Shown here in pieces: positions 37,537 through 47,305 of a stretch of 64,000 nt of DNA. A program made the position numbers and the translations under genes. Source of the stretch: Candidatus Kaiserbacteria bacterium (GTDB taxonomy: Bacteria; Patescibacteriota; Minisyncoccia; Phycocordibacterales; UBA2100); contig JAQBRI010000007.1 in the NCBI GenBank assembly GCA_028286585.1, positions 18,479-82,478 on the forward strand, given 5' to 3'. The notes beneath the pieces were generated by a model. That model ran no database searches. It was given only the letters and a program-made list of their open reading frames with translations, and was not told where the DNA came from. Positions within the stretch are counted from its first letter, which is position 1, and each line of letters opens with the position of its first letter.

Positions 37537-38337
37537 TTATGCTGAGTAAGAATTTGTCATCACCTCTTTCGTAATCTCGATCCATTTATTTATAGGGAGA
37601 GTTTCGGCCCGGGATTTTGCGTCGATACCGCATTTTTCAAATACTTTTAATATTATTTCCTTCCCGTATTTTTCACCAAGATTATTCAAGAGCTGTTTTC
37701 TTTTTGAGGCAAAGCCCGCATGTAATACTTCAAAAAATAATTCTTCTGATATATCCTTGAACAAGTCTTGTGAAATATTTTCAATAGTTAAAATTGCCGA
37801 GTCCACTTGTGGTGCGGGAAAAAAGTTGCCTGCTGCAACTTTGGAAATAATTTTTGGCGTCCCATATGCCTTGACCGAAAGTGATAACAAACTTTCTTTT
37901 GCGGAAACTATTCTTTGTGCGACTTCTTTTTGTATGAGTATCGAAATGGTTCTCGGCTGCGCTGGTGTGCTCAAAAACCGCCGGATGATTTCACCAGTAA
38001 TATAATAAGGAATATTTGCACCAAGCGTGTATGTTCCCGAGTGTAGGTCCAGTGACTCAGGCGTTACTTCGCGAATATCTTGCATCACGATTTTTAATTT
38101 TCCTGTTTTTATTTCTTCTTCAAATACCGATTCTAAAATCGGCAACAATTCCGCATCTTTTTCTATCGCAATAATATTCGCACCTGTTTTCAAAAGTTCA
38201 CGAGTCAACATTCCCTTTCCAGGTCCAATTTCCAAAATAGTTTCGCCCGGGTTTGCATGCAGTGACTGGGCCAAAAGATGTGCATAATAAGCATTTTTGA
38301 GAAAATGCTGGCCAAGTTTTGCTCCGCTTCGTTTCAT
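37537..38337 (-). CDS. rsmA: 16S rRNA dimethyltransferase RsmA/KsgA
   Basis: KLGQHFL, EIGPGKG, ANIPYYIT, QKEVAQR, PQVDS. Confidence 0.96.
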   Translation of the reverse strand: MKRSGAKLGQHFLKNAYYAHLLAQSLHANPGETILEIGPGKGMLTRELLKTGANIIAIEKDAELLPILESVFEEEIKTGKLKIVMQDIREVTPESLDLHSGTYTLGANIPYYITGEIIRRFLSTPAQPRTISILIQKEVAQRIVSAKESLLSLSVKAYGTPKIISKVAAGNFFPAPQVDSAILTIENISQDLFKDISEELFFEVLHAGFASKRKQLLNNLGEKYGKEIILKVFEKCGIDAKSRAETLPINKWIEITKEVMTNSYSA

Positions 38338-38360
38338 TCCCCTAACCCTATCACACTCGC

Positions 38361-40247
38361 TTAATCGAGGTAAATGTCATCGAGCAAACCGCGCTTGGGA
38401 GGAGCAGCTACTAGTCGATTATCAATGTCGTTTATAAATTCACTACGCAGCGCAAATTCCCGTGAACCATACTTCATTCGTTGTTTTGCATGAGTGAGAT
38501 GAAGTGTTTTGCGTGCGCGAGTGATAGCAACATAAAAGAGTCTGCGTTCTTCTTCTGGGTCCCGTGTCCCTTCTCGCATTGATGGAAACAATCCTTGTTC
38601 GAGGCCTGTCACAAAGACCACATCAAATTCAAGACCCTTTGAAGCGTGAATTGTCATAAGTGCCACTTCTGCTCTTTTTTCAGTAAGAGCATCCTGATCA
38701 CTTTCGAGAGCAGCATCTTCCATGAGCCGCTCGATACCCTCGGGCGGAGCAAAGTCATCGTACCGAACCGCAAGGTTTACCAGTTCACGAACGTTTTCAA
38801 GTCGCTCCTTACCCTCTTCTGTTTGGCCAAGCGAAGATTCCACTCCGCTTGTTTCAAGTGCAAATCGTACTGCTTCTGATGCGGGTAGTGTTACACATGC
38901 CTGGTGAATATGTTTGAGAATATTTCGGAGTGTATCAATCTTGACCTTTGCTGCACCGGTCAGTGACGCTTCCCCATTTTCAAATACTTTATCAATTGTT
39001 ACTTTTCCAATTCCGCGCGGTACTGCCGATGCTGCGCGTGCAAAATCTGCACGACTCTCGATATTCATTGCTGCGCGAATAAAAGATAATACATCTTTGA
39101 CCTCTTTGCGCTCATAAAACTTGGTTCCCAAAACTCGATATGGCACACCAAATCCAAGACACGCCTCTTCGAGTACGCGCGACTGAAAGTTTTCGCGGTA
39201 CAGAATTGCAATTTCGTCAGCACGAACACCTTCTTTGATCTTTTTTTGTATCGTCTGAGCTATATACCACGCCTCATCAACCTCATTTCCGCCAGCATAA
39301 ATATGAATAGGATCTCCTGTTTGATTCTCGGTAAAGAGGTTTTTTGCGTGCCGCTTGGTATTGCGAGCAATCACGCCATTTGCTGCCGCAATAATAGTTC
39401 GCGTCGAGCGATAATTTTGTTCCAGTAATATTACATTCGCCCCCGGAAAAGCATGTTCGAAATTAAGAAGATGTTCCATTTCTGCACCGCGCCAGCTATA
39501 AATAGATTGGTCGGTATCGCCCACAACACAGACATTTTTTCGCTCGCCTGCAAGCAGTCGAACAATTTCATATTGCGTACGATTGGTATCCTGATATTCA
39601 TCAACCGTAATGTACTGCCAGCGATTTTGTAAAAGAGAACGAACACGCTCGCTTTCTCTGAGCAAAAGTAATGCCCGAACAATAAGGTCATCAAAATCCA
39701 GCGCCCCTTCTCGTCTTAGTTCGGCATCATAGATTTCCCATACGGCGGCAATTGCACGTTCGCGTGGCATGGTTGCTCGTTCGGCATAATCACGCATGTT
39801 TGACGCCTCACCCTTTTCTTTTGAAATTGCCGAGAGCATCGAGCGCGGAGTCCATTGTCCAAGATCGAGTCGATCAAGGGCCCGTTTTATTGATTTGGCG
39901 CTGTCATCACGATCCCATAAGACAAACGCTCGCGGCAGGCTCGCTTCTTGGTGAAACTCTCGGAGTATCCGCACGCAGAGCGAGTGAAAAGTACATACCA
40001 AGGGCGTGCCGTGCAAATTTGGCGGCAAGAGTGCCAGAACTCGTTCCCGCATCTCGCCTGCCGCTTTATTGGTAAAGGTAACGGCAAGGATACTGCTCGG
40101 ACGGACCCCTTTTTCTATCATATAAGCGATTCGGTGGGTAATAGTTTTTGTTTTACCTGCTCCGGCTCCAGCCACAATAAGGAGTGGGCCTTCGATCAGT
40201 AAGACTGCTTCTTTTTGTTTGTCGTTGAGTGAGTTTGGAAGTGCCAT
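38361..40247 (-). CDS. pcrA: ATP-dependent DNA helicase PcrA/UvrD
   Basis: AGAGAGKT, TFTNKAA, VDEYQD, QNYRS, TIHASKGLEF, EERRLFYVAITRA. Confidence 0.95.
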   Translation of the reverse strand: MALPNSLNDKQKEAVLLIEGPLLIVAGAGAGKTKTITHRIAYMIEKGVRPSSILAVTFTNKAAGEMRERVLALLPPNLHGTPLVCTFHSLCVRILREFHQEASLPRAFVLWDRDDSAKSIKRALDRLDLGQWTPRSMLSAISKEKGEASNMRDYAERATMPRERAIAAVWEIYDAELRREGALDFDDLIVRALLLLRESERVRSLLQNRWQYITVDEYQDTNRTQYEIVRLLAGERKNVCVVGDTDQSIYSWRGAEMEHLLNFEHAFPGANVILLEQNYRSTRTIIAAANGVIARNTKRHAKNLFTENQTGDPIHIYAGGNEVDEAWYIAQTIQKKIKEGVRADEIAILYRENFQSRVLEEACLGFGVPYRVLGTKFYERKEVKDVLSFIRAAMNIESRADFARAASAVPRGIGKVTIDKVFENGEASLTGAAKVKIDTLRNILKHIHQACVTLPASEAVRFALETSGVESSLGQTEEGKERLENVRELVNLAVRYDDFAPPEGIERLMEDAALESDQDALTEKRAEVALMTIHASKGLEFDVVFVTGLEQGLFPSMREGTRDPEEERRLFYVAITRARKTLHLTHAKQRMKYGSREFALRSEFINDIDNRLVAAPPKRGLLDDIYLD

Positions 40248-40301
40248 CGGGGTACTATAACACCCGAATTCATCCGCATACCAGTGAACAGCTCAAATAA
40301 C

Positions 40302-40330
40302 TTGACAAAATGCTATTCCCCATGTCTAAT
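40302..40330 (+). promoter_or_regulatory. Sigma70-type promoter of the LysM/M23 gene leader
   Basis: TTGACA-17-TCTAAT with extended TG. Confidence 0.65.
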
Positions 40331-40336
40331 ATATAG

Positions 40337-40648
40337 AGCATTGACTCCGGTACCCTCAAAAGGTATCGTTATCACATCGATGGGCGATTATATGACCGAT
40401 TTCTAGGTTCGTTACCCTGTGTCGAAGCACGGATAACTACAAATGCCAGATGTCCTGATGCTCATCGTTACTTAGCTTACTTTCTACCTACCAACTAAAT
40501 GAAAGGGTTTTAAACCCCCTTTTATGTTGCGGTTCAGGCATTCTGGGTATCGTTTATATGTCTTTTCGGACGGACATATAAGCAAAAACGGCTTATCGCA
40601 AACAAATCACAGGATCCCTACCCGACCCGTTCGAGTAAGGTGACATAT
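40337..40648 (+). ncRNA. Candidate structured 5' leader RNA of about 310 nt
   Basis: No ORF; several stems, e.g. CCAGATGTCCTGA/TCAGGCATTCTGG, TGAAAGGG/CCTTTTA, TTATATGTC/GACATATAA. Confidence 0.55.
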
Positions 40649-41788
40649 ATGCGCAGGGTTCGTACCATTATTTCACTCATTTCGCTTCTGGCGACTGTGG
40701 GGTCTGTTATGCCTGGTGCAGCTCATGCGGATGTTTTGCAGGCAATATTTAATTTTGCCACTGCGGCACAAGCCACTCAGGTAGAGGCGGCGAGTATCTC
40801 GGCTACGCCATTCAATAGTATTAATACAAACAAAATCGTTCTCAAGCCATCACTCAATATTGATCCTTCCCCATCTCTCGGCGACACTTCAACTATCATC
40901 GCAGATGCCGCTCTCGTTCCTTCTTCTGGTCCTGGCGGAGAGGTTTCATCGGATCAGCCATCATCATCAGCGATTAGTCTCTATGTTGTTCGCAATGGAG
41001 ATACACTTTCCTCGGTTGCAAAACTGTTTGGAGTGTCTGTAAATACGATTCGCTGGGCCAACAATTTGTCTCGCACCAGTTCAATTAAGCCTGGCCAATC
41101 TCTGGTCATTTTGCCGGTTAGTGGCGTTCAATACGTAACCAAAAAAGGAGATACGCTTGCATCAATTGCAAAAAAGTTTGGCGGCGATGCTGCTGACATA
41201 GCGAGCTTTAACAGTATCGACGTAGGTACGCTTACTCCAGGCACGACACTCATGATCCCTAATGGCGAGAGCGATTCTGGTCAAAGCGCTTTGCCTGCAA
41301 CTGGTATTAGTATAGGCACAAATGCAATTACAAAAATCATTCAAACAGGTATCAGTAAATCTTCGTCATCACGATATCGCATTTCAACAAGTAAGACTGA
41401 GCCAGCTCATAATCTTGGTCACGAAGGATCTGCAGCGGAGGTTGCCTACTATACATCCCCTCTCGTACATTATGTTAAAACGCAGGATATTCATGGATAC
41501 AATGGTGTTGATATGGGTGCGCCAGCAGGAACTTCAGTCATGGCCGCTGCGGCAGGCACAGTAATCGTAGCGCGCGATAGTGGATATAACGGCGGCTACG
41601 GAAATTATATTGTTATCTCACACGACAATGGATCTCAAACGCTGTATGCCCACTTGTCTCGAGTTTCAGTATCACAAGGCGCCTCAGTTGAGCAGGGCCA
41701 GGTTATTGGTACCGTCGGACAAACGGGTTGGGCAACCGGACCACATCTCCATTTCGAAATTCGTAACAGTATCATGAACCCGTTTTAG
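40649..41788 (+). CDS. LysM-repeat M23-family peptidoglycan endopeptidase
   Basis: Two LysM domains (YVVRNGDTL, YVTKKGDTL); HGYNGVD, YAHL, TGPHLHFE. Confidence 0.93.
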   Translation: MRRVRTIISLISLLATVGSVMPGAAHADVLQAIFNFATAAQATQVEAASISATPFNSINTNKIVLKPSLNIDPSPSLGDTSTIIADAALVPSSGPGGEVSSDQPSSSAISLYVVRNGDTLSSVAKLFGVSVNTIRWANNLSRTSSIKPGQSLVILPVSGVQYVTKKGDTLASIAKKFGGDAADIASFNSIDVGTLTPGTTLMIPNGESDSGQSALPATGISIGTNAITKIIQTGISKSSSSRYRISTSKTEPAHNLGHEGSAAEVAYYTSPLVHYVKTQDIHGYNGVDMGAPAGTSVMAAAAGTVIVARDSGYNGGYGNYIVISHDNGSQTLYAHLSRVSVSQGASVEQGQVIGTVGQTGWATGPHLHFEIRNSIMNPF

Positions 41789-41882
41789 GATTCTTGTTAA
41801 TTATGTTGCAGCTTATTGTTCAGGGTATTCAGACGTTCTTCACTTTTTTGAAGATTCGCTAAATAAAAAATCCTTAGCCAAT

Positions 41883-43412
41883 TTATATTTCTCGGGCTCT
41901 GTACTGAAGGGCTTCGAGCATGTGCGACGGTTCTATTGTGTTACTTTCTGCCAAATCTGCAATAGTACGTGCAAGTTTTATCGTACGATGATATCCTCGC
42001 GCCGAAAGCTTGAGTCGCTTTGCGGCGTCTACCAGTGTTTTTTGAGCATCGTCTGATAACTGTGCAAGTGAGTCGATCTCTCGAGGACCCATGTCGGCAT
42101 TGGTCATTGATTTTTTACTTTCTCCAAATCGCGCGTACTGAAGATCACGGGCACGTACTATACGTCCCCGCGCTTTTGGTGTCTCGGTATCATCTTGTGC
42201 AGAACGAATCCCCAGCGATTCGGGAGCCATTTCACCGACGTGTACCCACATATCAATACGATCTGCCACCGGTCCGGCAATTTTGCGGCGATAACGATCG
42301 AGTGCCACTGGAGTGCAGCGACAATCGCGTGTTCCATACTTGCCGCAAGGACAAGGATTTAATGCCGCTATGAGCATAAAGTTTGCCGGAAATACTACGG
42401 TACCGCGTGCACGAGAAACCGAAACTCGAGCATCTTCCATTGGTTCGCGAAGTGCATTGATTACGTCGCGATGAAATTCTGGAAATTCATCCATAAATAA
42501 TACTCCGCGGTGAGCAAGTGTAACCTCCCCTGGGCGCGGATTGATAGTGCCTCCGATGAGTGAAGCGTAAGACGCCGTATGATGTGGACTCCGAAACGGT
42601 GGCAATAATACTGCATGACTTTGGAGTATTCCTGCAAGCGAATGAATGGTCGTAACCTCGACCACCTCGTCTTCGTTTAGAGGTGGTAATAATGATGCTG
42701 CCGTACGAGCGAGCATCGTCTTTCCGGTACCAGGAGGTCCGTATAGCGCAATATTGTGGCGGCCTGCTGCTGCAATTTCAAGCGCGCGCTTTGCGCTTTC
42801 TTGCCCTCGAATATCCGAAAGTGTAATGGCAGTAACAACTTGTTTGGGGGTATCCTTAGTCTCATTTACATATACGTTAATTTGGCGTGTTTCTTCCCCA
42901 CTTAAGTGGGCGACCAAATCTTGAAGTGATGCAACGGGATAAATGGAGATGCCTGTAATCAGAGATGCTTCGCGGGCATTATCAATTGGTATAAAAATTT
43001 CAGTAAAGCCATTCATGCGAGCCCGTTGTGCAATAGATAGTACTCCGCGAATTGCACGTATTGTGCCGTCGAGTGCTAGTTCGCCGACAAATAATTTATG
43101 CTCAGGATCAAATCGTATATCTTCTGCGGCAAGCAGGTATGCGAGCGCCACCGGAACATCAAAAGCGGCACCTTCTTTGCGCAGCTCAGCGGGCGCAAGA
43201 GAAATAACTAATTTTTTGTTTGTTGCCTTTGGAGATGTAAAGCCTGTATTTTTTATTGCAGAAGCAACTCGATCACGAGCCTCCTCAACCGCCTTATCGG
43301 GTAATCCAACAATCGAAAACGCGTGTAATCCACGCGCTAAATCAGCCTCAACCGACACAATATGTGCAATCGGAAGCGACGGTTGTGCCCCAAACACCCG
43401 CGCAAAATTCAT
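41883..43412 (-). CDS. comM: ComM/YifB Mg-chelatase-like AAA+ ATPase
   Basis: IVGLPD, GPPGTGKTMLA, PFRSPHH, PGEVTLAHRGVLFMDE, NPCPCG, ARTIADL. Confidence 0.93.
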   Translation of the reverse strand: MNFARVFGAQPSLPIAHIVSVEADLARGLHAFSIVGLPDKAVEEARDRVASAIKNTGFTSPKATNKKLVISLAPAELRKEGAAFDVPVALAYLLAAEDIRFDPEHKLFVGELALDGTIRAIRGVLSIAQRARMNGFTEIFIPIDNAREASLITGISIYPVASLQDLVAHLSGEETRQINVYVNETKDTPKQVVTAITLSDIRGQESAKRALEIAAAGRHNIALYGPPGTGKTMLARTAASLLPPLNEDEVVEVTTIHSLAGILQSHAVLLPPFRSPHHTASYASLIGGTINPRPGEVTLAHRGVLFMDEFPEFHRDVINALREPMEDARVSVSRARGTVVFPANFMLIAALNPCPCGKYGTRDCRCTPVALDRYRRKIAGPVADRIDMWVHVGEMAPESLGIRSAQDDTETPKARGRIVRARDLQYARFGESKKSMTNADMGPREIDSLAQLSDDAQKTLVDAAKRLKLSARGYHRTIKLARTIADLAESNTIEPSHMLEALQYRAREI

Positions 43413-43469
43413 CACTATAGTCTAGCTTGATTTCTTTGGAACCGGAAAAGTGGTCTGTGGACAAGTCTC

Positions 43470-43832
43470 TTATGCGTGTGCAATACAGGTGCGTGCTGCT
43501 GGGTTTGCTCGCAATCGTTCAATAGGGATTTCCTCGTTACCCTCTTCGCATATGCCATATGTACCCTCGTCAATTTTTTCAAGCGCGTCAACGATGTCTC
43601 GCTGTCGCTGTTCTAACTCTTCGACTACTGCTACGTTTACGGCCAGTTCTTCGATATTGTCTGCAACATCATTTGGATCTGATTCTTCACCTTGTTCTGG
43701 AATTGATGCACCAGTCCATTCCCCTGCTGCGTCTTTTTTTCCGCGTTCGGTCAATTCTTGTTCAAGTGAATACCCTTCGCTCTCTAGCATGTCTCGCAAT
43801 TCTTGAATCTCGGTTTCATTGAGATGTTCCAT
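43470..43832 (-). CDS. DksA/TraR-family protein with an atypical zinc finger
   Basis: DPNDVAD coiled-coil tip; GTYGICEEG...IPIERLRANPAARTCIAH. Confidence 0.88.
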   Translation of the reverse strand: MEHLNETEIQELRDMLESEGYSLEQELTERGKKDAAGEWTGASIPEQGEESDPNDVADNIEELAVNVAVVEELEQRQRDIVDALEKIDEGTYGICEEGNEEIPIERLRANPAARTCIAHA

Positions 43833-43891
43833 ATGCAAATCATACCGTACAAAAAGTCGTATGCAAGGAAATGGGTTCGACGCGGATTGTA

Positions 43892-45022
43892 TTACAGTTC
43901 TCGCTGCGCCTGAAGACGATTTATTATTTCCGGAAACGTATACGGATTTTCCGCAATTACCAGCATCGTTGGCGATGGGAATGAATAGTACAGTACGGGA
44001 TTTCCCGTATCATCTTCAATCACTCGAACATCATAATTGTGCATGACTACATCTTGAAAGGTTCGATCGACGGGTATTCCGTCGGCGCTCAGTTTTGTAG
44101 CACTTACACCCATAAAAATAGGTGAAAAATCCTGATCGATATGACTTTCCCATGCAAGCATACCCGCAACTGCGTTGTCATACGACACGACAGGAATAAC
44201 AATAACCGGTGCACGATGATCCGTCATGTGATATCCAAAGAAAAAAGATGAATCAAGACTGCGGAGCAAGCCGTCGGGCGGCTGAACACCGAGTGCCGTA
44301 AAAAACTCGCTTAGGGTGGCTGGGGTCGCATTTGATTGCCCAGCTGTGGTGCTGGCAGAAAGAGGGATAATTCTGGTTATAGAACCTTGTGCGTCAGAAG
44401 AATCGGTACGTGCTTGTGCAAGCGCGTATTTAAGTGCTCCTGACTGCTGCGAACTTGTTATCTGTACGACAATCGATCGTTCTGAAAATACTATATTTCC
44501 TTCGGACACTTGCGGTGGAAGTGCTCTGTTTTGTACCACATAGGCTACGCCAAAAAGCGCCCCCATACTTAAAATAATAAGCAGAAGACTTATAAATATA
44601 ATCGTAAATCGGTGTCGGTTGCGTGTCGATTCGACGGGAGTCAGTACTTCAGGGGCAACCCTTCGCTTGTCTTGTTCGATTGCAACGGCACGCACGAGTG
44701 ATATTTTTTGACGACGCACAACGTTTTGCATATCGTCTTTGAGCGTATGGAGCGCGGTAACAGAACTCGGCTCCTCTTGAGGAACTGGTTCAGCTGGAGC
44801 GGCCGGGATGGTTTCAGTCTGTGTTTCCGATATCGATTTTGGCACCTGTATGTCCAAAGACAATCGATCGGTGTTTTGTACCGGTAATGGTACCGATTTT
44901 AGAATACCGGATATGTCGGTTTGAATTCCGGTGTCGAGTTGTTTGATGGGAATATCGTTTCCCGCTGTTTTATCCTCGGCGCCCGTTTCCGCCTCTGTGG
45001 TTATTTTCTCGTCGTTCTCCAT
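43892..45022 (-). CDS. Hypothetical bitopic membrane protein
   Basis: Disordered N-terminus, one TM helix, AGMLAWE C-terminal domain; overlaps the pnp stop. Confidence 0.65.
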   Translation of the reverse strand: MENDEKITTEAETGAEDKTAGNDIPIKQLDTGIQTDISGILKSVPLPVQNTDRLSLDIQVPKSISETQTETIPAAPAEPVPQEEPSSVTALHTLKDDMQNVVRRQKISLVRAVAIEQDKRRVAPEVLTPVESTRNRHRFTIIFISLLLIILSMGALFGVAYVVQNRALPPQVSEGNIVFSERSIVVQITSSQQSGALKYALAQARTDSSDAQGSITRIIPLSASTTAGQSNATPATLSEFFTALGVQPPDGLLRSLDSSFFFGYHMTDHRAPVIVIPVVSYDNAVAGMLAWESHIDQDFSPIFMGVSATKLSADGIPVDRTFQDVVMHNYDVRVIEDDTGNPVLYYSFPSPTMLVIAENPYTFPEIINRLQAQREL

Positions 45023-47156
45023 ACTGTTCTTGGCTCAAGTCAGGTGTCAGGCCTTTGCGAGATGCAAATTCTGGATCAGCCGCTTTGATAGACAAATTAT
45101 ACCGTCCTTTTTCATCAATCTCCTTAATTACTACCGGGACAACCTCATCAAGTGAAAGTGCGTCAGTGACACGAGCAATTCTAAATGGTGCGATTTCAGA
45201 GACGTGTACAAGACCTTCTGCGTTTGGACCAATTTTTACAAAGGCTCCAAAGTCCAAAAATCGTGTTACCACTCCCTCGCATCGGTCACCTGCCATATAT
45301 TCTCGCGTAAGATCTGAGATTTCTTTGAGCGCTGCCTCGGCTGCGCCGTTTTTGCCAGTGATAAAGATAGTACCGTCATCCTCGATGGTAATGTCATCTG
45401 CTTTTGTTCGGTCACGAATACCATTGATCATCTTTCCGCCAGGACCGATGACAAGACCGATTTGATCTACCTTTACATGTGTTGTAAGAATTTTTGGAGC
45501 GCGCGCAGAAATGTCTGCACGAGGCGCTGCAATTTCTTTTGTGATTACATCGAGAATCTGGAGTCGAGCCTTTTTTGCTTGCGCAAATGCTTCGGCAAGT
45601 ACCTTGAGAGGTACGCCTTCTACTTTTACATCCATTTGTACTCCCGTAACTCCGTCTTTGGTACCCGCTACCTTGAAGTCCATGTCTCCATGATGATCCT
45701 CGGGACCTTGGATATCGGTGAGCACTTTATATACCTGCTTTTTCGCATCACTCATCATTCCCATTGCAATACCTGCAACCGGACTTTTGATAGGAACACC
45801 TGCATCCATGAGAGCGATTGTTCCTGCACACACTGATGCCATTGAAGTAGAGCCATTACTTGCGAGTGATTCTGCAACGATACGAATAGTGTATGGGAAT
45901 ACTGCTTTTTCTGGCAATACTGCACGCAACGCCTTTTCGGCAAGCGCACCATGACCAATCATTCGGCGATTTGTTCCACCAATGCGGCCTGTTTCACCAA
46001 CTGAAAACGGTGGGAAGTTGTAATGAAGCATAAAATCCTTCTTCGCTTCTTGGTATTCAATTGTGTCTACAAGCTGAGCATCTCCCGGACCACCAAGTGT
46101 GAGAGCGGCAAGTACATGCGTTGCACCACGATAAAAGATTCCCGTTCCGTGAATGATTGGTGAGACACCGCCAGCCTGAGCAAAGAGTGGACGAATCTGA
46201 TCCATTGCACGTCCGTCAACACGCTTACCATCGTTGATAGCGAGTTCGTGTACGTATGCATCAAGTCGTTCTTCACAATATGAATCTAGTCTACCTGGAG
46301 TAATGTCCGGAAGCATATCACCCGCTGCTTTGAGCCAGGTTGATTTGATGGTACCAAGCTCTTCCTTTCCAAGAAGTCCTTTGTATTCAGTGAGCATTGG
46401 TCCGACAATTTCTGCAAAAGCACTCTCCATTTCAGGAGTTGTAACTGGTGCTGCAAATTCCTTTTTAGGAACGCCGCGTTCAGAAATAATCATGTGCTGC
46501 CACAATTGAATCTTTTCGATTTCGTCACTTGCATACTGCAAGCCTTTTGTAAGAGTTTCTTCTGATACTTCGGTAGCACCAACTTCGATCATGTTGATGA
46601 GACCGTCCTTACCACAGGCAAGAAGATCCATTTTTACATCCTTTGCATCACGATCGGCATATGACGGATTGACAATAAACTCCCCTGCTCCATTTTGTCC
46701 GATTCGAACTGCTGAGACCGGTCCATTCCATGGAATGTGTGAAGTACCCAAGGCAAGTGATGCAGCGGACACTGCAAGTACGTCTGGATCAGATTCATCA
46801 ATAGAGAGAACTGACACGATCACCTGCACATCTCGCTTGAGTCCCTTTGGAAAGAGCGGGCGGATAGTACGGTCGACGATTCGTCCCGAAAGAACAGCTT
46901 CGTCAGATGGTCGTCCTTCACGTCGCATAAATCGAGAACCCAAGATTGCTCCTGCTGCATAAAACTTTTCCTCGTATTCAACTGACAATGGGAAATAGTC
47001 GAGATTGGATTCCTTTGATCCCATCACGACAGTTGCCAAAACAGCACTATTGCCATAGCGCATCAATACCGAGCCATGCGCCTGATCAGCCCAATCGTTA
47101 AATTCTGCTGATAATGTTTTTCCACCGATCTCGATGGAATATACTTTCTTATCCAT
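44970..47156 (-). CDS. pnp: Polyribonucleotide nucleotidyltransferase
   Basis: RREGRPS, DRTIRPLF, HYNFPPFSVGE, SNGSTSMAS, GDMDFKVAG, KH and S1 domains. Confidence 0.98.
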   Translation of the reverse strand: MDKKVYSIEIGGKTLSAEFNDWADQAHGSVLMRYGNSAVLATVVMGSKESNLDYFPLSVEYEEKFYAAGAILGSRFMRREGRPSDEAVLSGRIVDRTIRPLFPKGLKRDVQVIVSVLSIDESDPDVLAVSAASLALGTSHIPWNGPVSAVRIGQNGAGEFIVNPSYADRDAKDVKMDLLACGKDGLINMIEVGATEVSEETLTKGLQYASDEIEKIQLWQHMIISERGVPKKEFAAPVTTPEMESAFAEIVGPMLTEYKGLLGKEELGTIKSTWLKAAGDMLPDITPGRLDSYCEERLDAYVHELAINDGKRVDGRAMDQIRPLFAQAGGVSPIIHGTGIFYRGATHVLAALTLGGPGDAQLVDTIEYQEAKKDFMLHYNFPPFSVGETGRIGGTNRRMIGHGALAEKALRAVLPEKAVFPYTIRIVAESLASNGSTSMASVCAGTIALMDAGVPIKSPVAGIAMGMMSDAKKQVYKVLTDIQGPEDHHGDMDFKVAGTKDGVTGVQMDVKVEGVPLKVLAEAFAQAKKARLQILDVITKEIAAPRADISARAPKILTTHVKVDQIGLVIGPGGKMINGIRDRTKADDITIEDDGTIFITGKNGAAEAALKEISDLTREYMAGDRCEGVVTRFLDFGAFVKIGPNAEGLVHVSEIAPFRIARVTDALSLDEVVPVVIKEIDEKGRYNLSIKAADPEFASRKGLTPDLSQEQYGERRENNHRGGNGRRG

Positions 47157-47168
47157 GATTATAATTTG

Positions 47169-47231
47169 GCCCCCAGATTTTAGGTCTCAAAAGACGAACA
47201 TACGTATATTGAGAGCTACCTATCCAAGGGC
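47169..47231 (-). promoter_or_regulatory. Long stem-loop in the pnp 5' leader
   Basis: GCCCTTGGAT/ATCTGGGGGC, AGGT/ACCT, CTCAA/TTGAG nested pairing. Confidence 0.6.
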
Positions 47232-47261
47232 ACGTTATGACTAATGCACTCACCATACCAC

Positions 47262-47298
47262 AAAAAGACGAGGGTGGCACGTTTTACCGTGCCACCCT
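47262..47298 (-). terminator. Intrinsic terminator of the LpxC-like gene
   Basis: AGGGTGGCAC/GTGCCACCCT stem followed by CGTCTTTTT. Confidence 0.75.
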
Positions 47299-47305
47299 TC
47301 AATAT

